Positions 1 to 7,486 of a DNA stretch of 64,000 nucleotides are shown in pieces (the first letter of the stretch is position 1; the number at the start of each line of letters is the position of its first letter). A model generated the notes under the pieces. It was not told the DNA's origin, made no database searches, and was given only the letters and a program-made list of their open reading frames with translations. The position numbers and the translations under genes were made by a program. Origin of the DNA: Dehalococcoidia bacterium (GTDB lineage Bacteria; Chloroflexota; Dehalococcoidia; Lucifugimonadales; VXLM01); assembly GCA_034421575.1 (NCBI GenBank), contig DAOUKG010000066.1, positions 66,506 through 130,505 on the forward strand, in the 5' to 3' direction.

Positions 1-1067
1 ACAACCAGGACGCGATTGTCTCTGAGCATGCCCGTGAACTCGACGTCGTCGTCGATGGGGGCCTTCGGGAACATGTAGAACGCGCCCTGCGGCTTTACGA
101 CCTCGTAGCCGATGTCCGTGAGGGCGCCGTGCATGAAGTCGCGCTGCGCCTCGTATTTGGCAACGTCTACCGTGACCGACTGCAGGTTCTTGACGATGTG
201 CTGCATCAGCGCGGGCGCGTTGACGAAACCGAGCGTCCGGTTGCAGAAGGTGAGTCCATCGATGAGCTCCTCCCTGTCGGCGTACTCAGGGTTGACGGCG
301 ATGAACCCGATGCGCTCTCCCGGCAGCGCGAGGTCCTTCGAGTGCGACGTTGCGACGATGCTGCGAGGGTGGTGTTTGAAGATGTGGGGGTACTCAAGGC
401 CGTCGAACAGTATCTTGCGATAGGGCTCATCGCTGACGAGGAACACCTCCGTTCCCAGTTCGGCCTCGCGCTTGCGGACCACCTCGCCCATCTCGGCAAG
501 CACCTCGCGGCCGTACACCACTCCCGTTGGGTTGTTCGGCGAGCTGGTAAGGACGATCCGGGTCTTCGGGCCGATGGCGTCCGCCAGCGCGTCGAGGTCG
601 GGTAGAAAATTCTCGTCGGCCGGGACGACCTTGCACGTCGCCCCGTGGTTGTCGGCATAGAAGAAGTACTCGACGAAGTATGGCGCGAAGATGACGACCT
701 CGTCACCCGGATCGAGAAGGGTGCGCATGACGACGTTGAGCCCGCCGCCTGCCCCGACCGTCATGAGAATCTCGTCGGCGGTGAAGGGCAGGGCGGTCTC
801 CCTGCTCAACTCATCGGCGACGGCGGCGCGGGTATCCACGTGTCCGGCGTTGGGCATGTAGCGGTGCAGTCCAGGCGGAGGATCGTTGGCGAACCGTCGG
901 AGCTCGTCGTAGAACTCAGGAGGCGGCTGCATGATCGGGTTGCCGAGCGACAGGTCGAAGACGTTCTCCTCCCCGTACTGCTGCTTGAGGGCGATGCCCT
1001 CCTCGAACATCCGCCGGATCCACGATCCCTGCTCCATGAACTGCTTGATCTTCTTCGACACCGCCAT
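1..1067 (-). CDS. PLP-dependent aminotransferase, class I/II (aspartate/alanine aminotransferase-like); C-terminus lies beyond the window start
   Basis: Own minus-strand translation from ATG at 1067: MAVSKKIKQFMEQGSWIRRMFEEGIALKQQYGEENVFDLSLGNP...LTSSPNNPTG...ATSHSKDLALPGERIGF... The frame stays open to position 1. It is absent from the supplied ORF track, apparently because no stop codon lies inside the window. Confidence 0.85.
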   Translation of the reverse strand, partial: MAVSKKIKQFMEQGSWIRRMFEEGIALKQQYGEENVFDLSLGNPIMQPPPEFYDELRRFANDPPPGLHRYMPNAGHVDTRAAVADELSRETALPFTADEILMTVGAGGGLNVVMRTLLDPGDEVVIFAPYFVEYFFYADNHGATCKVVPADENFLPDLDALADAIGPKTRIVLTSSPNNPTGVVYGREVLAEMGEVVRKREAELGTEVFLVSDEPYRKILFDGLEYPHIFKHHPRSIVATSHSKDLALPGERIGFIAVNPEYADREELIDGLTFCNRTLGFVNAPALMQHIVKNLQSVTVDVAKYEAQRDFMHGALTDIGYEVVKPQGAFYMFPKAPIDDDVEFTGMLRDNRVLV

Positions 1068-1452
1068 TGCCTTCGCCTCCCAATGTCTGACTGAAGGGCG
1101 AATGTATCAACGGGGAGAGGAGATGGCAAGCAGAAAATAGCGTCCTGTCTTTGAAGTTCGTTGCATAGAGAAGGGGGCGTGACACGGAAGAATCACCCTC
1201 ACCCCAGCCCTCTCCCACGACGGGAGAGGGGGTAAGAGGAGGAGATTCACTGCAGAGCGAGCAGAGTGGAGAGAAGGAGCGGACTTGGAGAGGCAGTTAC
1301 TCTCTCATACGCGGCCCCATGCTCGGGGCGTAACGCTGCTCAGGGTGAACGAAAGGGACAGTCCACTTGCGATTTTGGAAAGGCCGCGGTTCCAGAGTAT
1401 CCAACTGATACGGCGGCTCCCCCCGTGCTACAATGTGGGCACCGGTTGAACG

Positions 1453-2649
1453 ATGGATAATTCGACGAAAACCATCTATATGGACCATGCCGCCACGACT
1501 CCCTTGCGCCCCGAGGCGCTGGAGGCGATGCTGCCGTACTTCGGCGTCAGCTTCGGCAATCCGTCCGGCATCTACACGCTTGCCCAGGAGGGGCGCAAGG
1601 CCGTTGACGACGCCCGCGAAACGGTTGGACAGGTGCTTGGGGCCCGCATGAGCGAAGTGGTCTTCACCAGCGGCGGGACGGAGTCGGACAACACGGCCAT
1701 CAGGGGAGCGGCTCTCGCGCTCAAGAGCACCGGCAATCACATCATCACGACCGGCATCGAGCACCACGCTGTGCTCCACACGTGCCATTCCCTCGAACAG
1801 GCGGGCTTCGACGTGACGTACCTGGACGTCGATTCGGACGGACTGGTCGATCCCGACGACGTCGGCAGGGCGATCACCGACCGGACCGTCGTTGTGAGCA
1901 TCATGTACGCCAACAACGAGATCGGCACCGTGCAGCCGATACCGGAGATATCGAAGGTGGTCTCGTCCGAGGCCAAGCGGCGAGGGCGCACCATCGTCAT
2001 GCACACCGACGCCGTGCAGGGAGCGGGATACCTCGACCTCAACGCGCGTTCGCTCGGAGTGGACATGCTGAGCCTGTCGGCGCACAAGTTCAAGGGCCCC
2101 AAGGGCGTCGGCGTTCTCTACGTGCGTCGCGGAACGCCCCTCGAGGCCCAGCAGACGGGTGGGGGACAGGAGCGACAGCGACGCTCCGGCACGGAGAACG
2201 TGCCCGGCATCGTCGGCGCGTCCGTGGCGTTGAGCATGGCGGAGGCCGAGCGTGACGAGGCTGTCGCCCATACGGGCAGGCTGCGCGACCGGATCGTGCA
2301 ATCGATATTCGAGCGTGTCGACAAGGTCCGATTGAACGGCCACCGCACTCAACGCTTGCCGAATAACGCCAACCTGTCGTTCGAGCACATCGAGGGCGAG
2401 CCTGTCCTGCTTGGACTCGACCTGGCGGGAATCAGCGCCTCAAGCGGCAGCGCGTGCTCATCGGCGTCGCTCGAACCGTCACACGTGCTCACCGCCATCG
2501 GCCTGACCGCAGAGCAGGCACAGGGGAGCTTGCGCATAACGCTCGGCATGGACAACACCGACGAGGAGGTCGACTACCTGCTCGACGTGCTGCCTGGGCT
2601 CGTCCACAAACTGAGGGGAATGCCTTCTCTGTCGGCGGTCGGAGGATAA
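1453..2649 (+). CDS. cysteine desulfurase (NifS/IscS family, class V aminotransferase)
   Basis: 398-aa [37 protein letters not shown] and SSGSACSS motifs are typical of NifS/IscS. Confidence 0.9.
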   Translation: MDNSTKTIYMDHAATTPLRPEALEAMLPYFGVSFGNPSGIYTLAQEGRKAVDDARETVGQVLGARMSEVVFTSGGTESDNTAIRGAALALKSTGNHIITTGIEHHAVLHTCHSLEQAGFDVTYLDVDSDGLVDPDDVGRAITDRTVVVSIMYANNEIGTVQPIPEISKVVSSEAKRRGRTIVMHTDAVQGAGYLDLNARSLGVDMLSLSAHKFKGPKGVGVLYVRRGTPLEAQQTGGGQERQRRSGTENVPGIVGASVALSMAEAERDEAVAHTGRLRDRIVQSIFERVDKVRLNGHRTQRLPNNANLSFEHIEGEPVLLGLDLAGISASSGSACSSASLEPSHVLTAIGLTAEQAQGSLRITLGMDNTDEEVDYLLDVLPGLVHKLRGMPSLSAVGG

Positions 2650-2766
2650 ATCCCCACGCCTGACGCAGCATCAAATACTATAGAAGGACTCGTGCGGCAA
2701 ACGGACCGGCGATAATCGGCGAAATAGCCACCCCAACCCCGCACCAGCAAATCAACTGGAGGAATC

Positions 2767-3093
2767 ATGGCACATCCAACCGAAGTAACTGACGCGACAT
2801 TCGAAGACGAGGTCATCAACTCTGACATCCCGGTGCTCGTGGACTTCTGGGCCGACTGGTGCGGACCCTGCAAGATGATCGCGCCCATCGTCAACGACCT
2901 CTCCGAGGAGTACGACGGCAGGATCAAGGTCGCCAAGCTGGACGTGGACGCGAGTCCGCAGTCGGCGATGAAGTACGGTGTGCGCAGCATCCCCACGCTG
3001 CTCATCTTCAAGGGCGGCAGCCCCGTCGACACCATCATAGGAGCAGTGCCGCGAGGCAAGCTCAAGGGCGCGATGGAAGCGGCGCTCAGCTAA
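2767..3093 (+). CDS. trxA: thioredoxin
   Basis: 108 aa with the WCGPC active site and typical thioredoxin length. GGAGG RBS lies upstream of the ATG. Confidence 0.95.
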   Translation: MAHPTEVTDATFEDEVINSDIPVLVDFWADWCGPCKMIAPIVNDLSEEYDGRIKVAKLDVDASPQSAMKYGVRSIPTLLIFKGGSPVDTIIGAVPRGKLKGAMEAALS

Positions 3094-3105
3094 CCTACAC
3101 GCAAA

Positions 3106-3150
3106 AAGACGGGCAGGGGAGCCTTGAATGCGCCCTCCTGCCCGCGTCTT
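3106..3150 (+). terminator. imperfect GC-rich hairpin downstream of trxA
   Basis: GGGCAGG (3111-3117) pairs with CCTGCCC (3137-3143). The stem can extend outward across a 2-nt bulge. Only a weak T tract follows. Confidence 0.4.
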
Positions 3151-3172
3151 CGCACTTACCCTCACACCTCGC

Positions 3173-3270
3173 GGGAGTGGATGGGCTCCGGTGGGCCCTG
3201 CGGTCTTCAAAATCGTTGGTCCCGGTGCTTCCACCGGGACGGTGGGTTCGACTCCCTCACGCTCCCGCCA
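3173..3270 (+). tRNA. selC: tRNA-Sec (anticodon TCA) candidate, selC
   Basis: 98-nt fold built by hand. Acceptor GGGAGTGG/ACGCTCCC has one G-U pair and one G-A mismatch at its base. The 6-bp D stem GGGCTC/GGGCCC carries the 4-nt loop CGGT. The anticodon stem GCGGT/ATCGT carries the loop CTTCAAA (anticodon TCA at 3207-3209). There is a perfect 9-bp extra arm GTCCCGGTG-cttc-CACCGGGAC. The T arm is GTGGG-TTCGACT-CCCTC with one U-U mismatch, followed by discriminator G and an encoded CCA. Loop sequences match my recollection of E. coli selC. Confidence 0.8.
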
Positions 3271-3282
3271 GTTTCCCTGCAA

Positions 3283-3384
3283 GCCCACCAACCACCGTCA
3301 TTCCCGCGTAGGCGGGAATCCAATCCCCTCTGCCGTTCGCGGGAGAGGGCTAGAGCCTGCCCCATTGCAGGATGGGGGTGAGGG
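3283..3384. repeat. composite ~100-bp multi-hairpin intergenic repeat, copy A
   Basis: CCACCGTCATTCCCGCGTAGGCGGGAATCCAATCCCCTCTGCCGTTCGCGGGAGAGGGCTAGAGCCTGCCCCATTGCAGGATGGGGGTGAGGG. It aligns by eye at most positions with the reverse complement of 6121-6222, and partly with 5901-5985. Confidence 0.75.
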
Positions 3385-3533
3385 CTGTCCTACCCCCTAC
3401 ATCACCCCCGTTCGCTGACAACAGCTAGACCGATTCATGGAATTCCGATAGAATTCCCGTTCGATTGGGTACCGTTCGTGCGAAATTCGTGGTAATGTGA
3501 CTTATTAAGCACCCATACACGGGAGGGTTAACG

Positions 3534-4691
3534 ATGGGAAGCAACGGAAACGGCCACGCGAAAACAACCCACGAAGACCCGGTTCTCGTTGTCGTCCAGC
3601 TCAGTGGCGGCAACGACTTTATGAATACGGTGGTGCCGTACTCCGACCCGCACTACTACGACCACCGTTCCACTCTGGGCGTCCCCGAGGACAACCTCAT
3701 CCCCATCGATGAGGACCTGGCGTTCCATGGGAACGCCGCCCCGCTCAAGGAGTTCTGGGACGACGATAAGCTGGCGATAGTGCAGGGCGTCGGCTACCCG
3801 AATTCCAGCCGGTCGCACTTCCGCAGCATGTACATCTGGCACACGTGCGAGCCGGAAAAGATCTCGACCGAGGGTTGGCTGGGCATGACCACCGGCCAGT
3901 TGGACCCCGAAAAGGAGAACGTCCTCACGTCCGTCAACTTCGGGAGGGGCCTGCCACAGGCGCTGGTGTCCAAGGGCGTACCCGTCACGTCGGTCGGCAA
4001 CCTCGACAACTACGGACTGATGACGGGTCTCGACGACGAGGACGACCGGAACGAGACGCTCGAACGGTTCAAGGAGATGTACGCGCCCGCCGTCGGCACG
4101 GGAGCCGTGATGGACTACCTGTCGGAGACCGGACTCGGCGTGCTGGACGGGGCGCATATCCTCAAGACGGTGCCGGGCACGTACCAGTCCGAGGTCGAGT
4201 ACGGCGGCAACGAGATCGCGCGCGGCCTCAGGGACGTTGCGCGGGTTCACCTTGCAGACGTCGGGACTCGCATCTTCTACACGAACCACAACAACTACGA
4301 CACGCACTCGAACCAGGCGCCCACGCACACCACGCTCATCGGCGATCTCTCGCGGGCGATCATGGACTTCTTCCAGGACCTTGAGGACCACGGCAAGGCC
4401 GACAACGTGGCAATGCTGGTGTTCACCGAGTTTGGGCGGCGAGTGGCGGACAACGGCAGCGGCACCGACCACGGGGCAGGGGGCGGCGCATTCCTGATCG
4501 GGAACAAGGTCAACGGCGGCCTGTACGCGGAGTACCCGTCACTGGCTCCCTCCGAGTTGATCGACGGCGAGGACCTGCAGCACACCTACGACTATCGCGG
4601 CATGTACGCCTCGATCCTCGACCAGTGGATGGCCGTCGACTCGAAGCCCATAGTAGGCGGCACCTACGAGCAGCTCCCCGTCTTCGCGTAG
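3534..4691 (+). CDS. DUF1501 domain protein (sulfatase/alkaline-phosphatase-like fold)
   Basis: 385 aa. Motifs LSGGNDFMNTVVPY, GVGYPNSSRSHF and FTEFGRRVADNGSGTDHGAGG are characteristic of DUF1501. GGGAGGG RBS. Confidence 0.85.
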   Translation: MGSNGNGHAKTTHEDPVLVVVQLSGGNDFMNTVVPYSDPHYYDHRSTLGVPEDNLIPIDEDLAFHGNAAPLKEFWDDDKLAIVQGVGYPNSSRSHFRSMYIWHTCEPEKISTEGWLGMTTGQLDPEKENVLTSVNFGRGLPQALVSKGVPVTSVGNLDNYGLMTGLDDEDDRNETLERFKEMYAPAVGTGAVMDYLSETGLGVLDGAHILKTVPGTYQSEVEYGGNEIARGLRDVARVHLADVGTRIFYTNHNNYDTHSNQAPTHTTLIGDLSRAIMDFFQDLEDHGKADNVAMLVFTEFGRRVADNGSGTDHGAGGGAFLIGNKVNGGLYAEYPSLAPSELIDGEDLQHTYDYRGMYASILDQWMAVDSKPIVGGTYEQLPVFA

Positions 4692-4764
4692 CTCAAGACT
4701 CGGCAAAACTCCGGCCCACGCATAGTTTCTCCCCCATTTGTGGAGAGGGACGGAGGCCTTTTCC

Positions 4765-4789
4765 GTTCGCCCTGAGCCAGTCGAAGGGC
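4765..4789. repeat. short interspersed repeat core GTTCGCCCTGAGCCAGTCGAAGGGC (copy 1 of 3)
   Basis: The same 25-bp core recurs at 14310-14334 (two differences) and at 40833-40857 (identical). Confidence 0.7.
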
Positions 4790-4808
4790 GCCGTTCCAGC
4801 CCGATGCC

Positions 4809-5411
4809 CTAGCTCGAGCCCTCCGGGTCATACTTCTTGGCGACCGCCGACTCGGCCTTCTTGGACATCTGGCCCTTCTGGACCTTGAACAGCCTGTCAG
4901 CCTCGTAGGGGTTCACGTCGGGGTCCCAGATGTTGTGCTCCTCGAAGTAGACGAGGGGCGGGTACCACAGGTTCCACGTCAGGGGCCACTCCTGGGCGAT
5001 GGTCACGTACCTCGGCTGCTTTTCGGGGTCGGGCACCAGCATCAGGACGATGGTGAGCGCCACTGCCAATATCATCCCCGGAATGAACAGGATCGGCCTC
5101 GTCCAGCCGTAGTTGAGCCAAAGCCAACTGCTCCCGACCAGCATCCCCCAGAAGGGGATCCACAAGGCCGAAAGGAGCATGAAGAACAGGAGTCCACCGA
5201 TATAGAAAAGACCAAGTACCCTGCCGAGATGAAAGATTATCTTGAAGAGCGATTGGCCAAGATAGTCCACCGGCTTCAGGACGAGAATGAGCACTCGGGC
5301 AATGTAGTAGACCACAAAGCGGGCGATCATCGTGAGAAGATCACCCGGAGCGTGTCGTCGGGCGAACTCCACGCGAGTTCGCATGTCAGGCACTTTCCAC
5401 AGCCAAGTCAC
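4809..5411 (-). CDS. hypothetical multi-pass membrane protein
   Basis: 200-aa ORF with several hydrophobic helices (LILVLKPV..., GGLLFFMLLSALWIPFWGMLVG..., ILFIPGMILAVALTIVLMLV). I recognise no family. Confidence 0.6.
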   Translation of the reverse strand: MTWLWKVPDMRTRVEFARRHAPGDLLTMIARFVVYYIARVLILVLKPVDYLGQSLFKIIFHLGRVLGLFYIGGLLFFMLLSALWIPFWGMLVGSSWLWLNYGWTRPILFIPGMILAVALTIVLMLVPDPEKQPRYVTIAQEWPLTWNLWYPPLVYFEEHNIWDPDVNPYEADRLFKVQKGQMSKKAESAVAKKYDPEGSS

Positions 5412-5519
5412 GTTGTGCAGATCTCCCTGTGTCCGTACCTGAGCCGGAAAATGGGGCAGTCCATTGGTTCAATCGTATCACAAGGGCAGGGTGGACGCTT
5501 CAAACCGGGCGAATGGTAA

Positions 5520-6255
5520 GTGTTCAGGGTTGGTGAGGTGGGTAGGGAAGACCCCCCTCTCTGTATCTCTCCCCCGGCGGGGGAGAGATTGATGGTCGTG
5601 TATCCCCGGCGGGGAGAGATTGATGGTCGTGTATCCCCGGCGGGGGAGATTGATGGTCGTGTATCCCCGGCGGGGGAGAGATTGGAGATTCTTCGTCGCT
5701 GCGCTCCTCAAAATGACAGACGATTCCTGCATATCTCACACAGTCTGCACAGTTACGAGTGGTGTAGTTGTTCAGAGTTGGTGAGGGGAAGATCCCCCAC
5801 GCCTATGGATACCCGCTTTCGCGGGTATGACGGTGGGTTGTGTGTGTTGAGCGGTCTCATGAAGTCTGAACAGTTACGTTCAGTCTCGGTAAGAGGAACA
5901 CTCTCACCCCCGTTCTGCAACGGGGCAGGCTCTAGCCCTCTCCCGCGAACAGGAGAGGGGATTAGGTTCCCGCCTACGGAGACCTTTGCGTAACTCACCG
6001 TGCGGGAAGACCTTGGCATGAAACACCAATGCTCAACCTCACCCCTCTGGATACCGGCCCCGTATCGTGGTACGGGGTGACGTTCCTTCGCCGGTATGAC
6101 GGTGGCTCTGTATGTCGAACGCCCTCACCCCCGTTCTGCAACGGGGCAGGCTCTAGCCCGCTCCGGCGAACAGGAGAGGGGCTTGGATTCCCGCTTTCGC
6201 GGGAATGACGGTGGGTTGTGTGTCGAGCGGTCTCATGAAGTCTGAACACTCACGC
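5520..6255. repeat. gene-less cluster of several interspersed repeat families (REP/MITE-like)
   Basis: Contains TGTTCAGRGTTGGTGAGG units (5521, 5771). Contains CCCGCTTTCGCGGG-ATGACGGTGGGTTGTGTG-...CTCATGAAGTCTGAACA units (about 5810-5875 and 6186-6250). Contains two CTCACCCCCGTTCTGCAACGGGGCAGGCTCTAGCCC units (5901, 6121). ORFs listed here translate into repeat-derived low-complexity peptides. Confidence 0.75.
5572..5686. repeat. tandem repeat, 30-32-bp unit x about 3.7
   Basis: Units at 5572-5603 (32 bp), 5604-5634 (31 bp), 5635-5664 (30 bp) and a partial unit at 5665-5686. The unit is CCCCGGCGGGGGAGAGATTGATGGTCGTGTAT. Length differences lie in the G run and the GA run. There are no unique spacers. 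Confidence 0.9.
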
Positions 6256-6271
6256 CAACTGTCGCCGGACG

Positions 6272-7483
6272 CTACTTCGTGGCCGTGTCCCCCGCGACCA
6301 TGGCGAGCGAGTCCGACCGCCGGAACGCGGACTTCCAGACTGCGTAGATGCCTACGGCAACGACTATGAGCATCACGCCCATCGAGGCCAGCGTAACCTC
6401 CAGGCCGAAGCGGTGGATGAGAAGCCCGGCGAATATCGGGCCGGCCACCTTCGCGGAGTTCTTCATCGCTCCCACCACGCCCATGCAGGCCCCAAGATCG
6501 CGTTCGCTGACTGCAGTGGAGACCGACGCCAGGGCGGAGGGGAACACGAGGGCTTGCGCCACGCCGATGAGAACGGCCGAGAGAACGAACGTGACAGGGT
6601 CATGCCCCAGCGACAACGTCAGAAGTCCGACCGCCATCGCAACCATGCCGAGCGCAACGGTCGGCATGTGGCCGAGCCGGTCGCCGAGCCGTCCGCCAAG
6701 GGGCGTAAGGACAAGATGCGTGCCCTCCTGCAGCGCAAAATACGCCCCGACCACCGCGATGTTCACGCCCTTTGAAAGGGCGTACACGGGCAAGAATGTC
6801 TTGAGCGCGTACTCGGCGACCAGCACCTGCGCGCTCATTCCGCCTGCCAGCCACACGCCGGACGAGCGGCTCGCAACGGAGAACCCACGCGCCACCTGTT
6901 TCACCAGTGGCGGCCTCTTCTCGCGTTGCGAGATTTTCGTCTCAGGAAGGAGGGCAACCGGCACGAACGCGACAGCGCTCAGCAGGCCGACGATCGTGAA
7001 GACCTGCACGGGATCCAGCCGCAGGAGCAGGACGCCCGCAACGGCAGGACCGACAACGTACCCGGCATGCCTCGCCATGGAGAACCAGCCCAGCCTCTCA
7101 GCGCGACTGGATGCGGAAAGTTCCACCACGTAGGCAAGCGTAACCGGGCCGTATATCGCCGTAGCCAGCCCATGGACGATACGGACAGCGACCAACTGCT
7201 CCGGCGAGTCCACGAACCCGTAGGCGAAGGGCATTCCGGCGAACACCGCCGTTCCCGCGAGCAGCCAGATCCGGCGTCCCGTTCGGTCGGAGAGTATTCC
7301 CACGAACGGCTTGAGCACCATGCCGGTCAGTGTTGAGACCGACACGATGAATCCCAGGAGCACGTCGCCCGCGCCCAAGCTCGCGGCAAACAAGGGTAGC
7401 AATGGCGTCTTGCCCATCTGGTACGCCGAACGTACCAGGAAGTCCGCCGCCGTTACGCCGAGAAAGCCCCGTGAGCGAAACAC
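6272..7483 (-). CDS. MFS transporter
   Basis: 403 aa with about 12 hydrophobic segments and an MFS-like loop motif (GILSDRTGRR). Confidence 0.9.
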   Translation of the reverse strand: MFRSRGFLGVTAADFLVRSAYQMGKTPLLPLFAASLGAGDVLLGFIVSVSTLTGMVLKPFVGILSDRTGRRIWLLAGTAVFAGMPFAYGFVDSPEQLVAVRIVHGLATAIYGPVTLAYVVELSASSRAERLGWFSMARHAGYVVGPAVAGVLLLRLDPVQVFTIVGLLSAVAFVPVALLPETKISQREKRPPLVKQVARGFSVASRSSGVWLAGGMSAQVLVAEYALKTFLPVYALSKGVNIAVVGAYFALQEGTHLVLTPLGGRLGDRLGHMPTVALGMVAMAVGLLTLSLGHDPVTFVLSAVLIGVAQALVFPSALASVSTAVSERDLGACMGVVGAMKNSAKVAGPIFAGLLIHRFGLEVTLASMGVMLIVVAVGIYAVWKSAFRRSDSLAMVAGDTATK

Positions 7484-7486
7484 TCC

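Noticed and set aside
1300-1452. GGTGAACGAAAGGGA motif upstream of the cysteine desulfurase gene, superficially like part of a cobalamin riboswitch
   Set aside because: The order and spacing of the conserved cobalamin-riboswitch elements are not reproduced, and no B12 box is recognisable.
5572-5686. Possible CRISPR array, because of regularly spaced ~31-bp units
   Set aside because: The units abut directly with no unique spacers. No cas genes lie nearby. It is a simple tandem repeat.
5478-5739. ORFs encoding repeated peptides (PRRGYTTINL and PPPGIHDHQS repeats)
   Set aside because: The periodicity comes from the underlying DNA tandem repeat inside a repeat-only region. There is no RBS and no coding-like composition.
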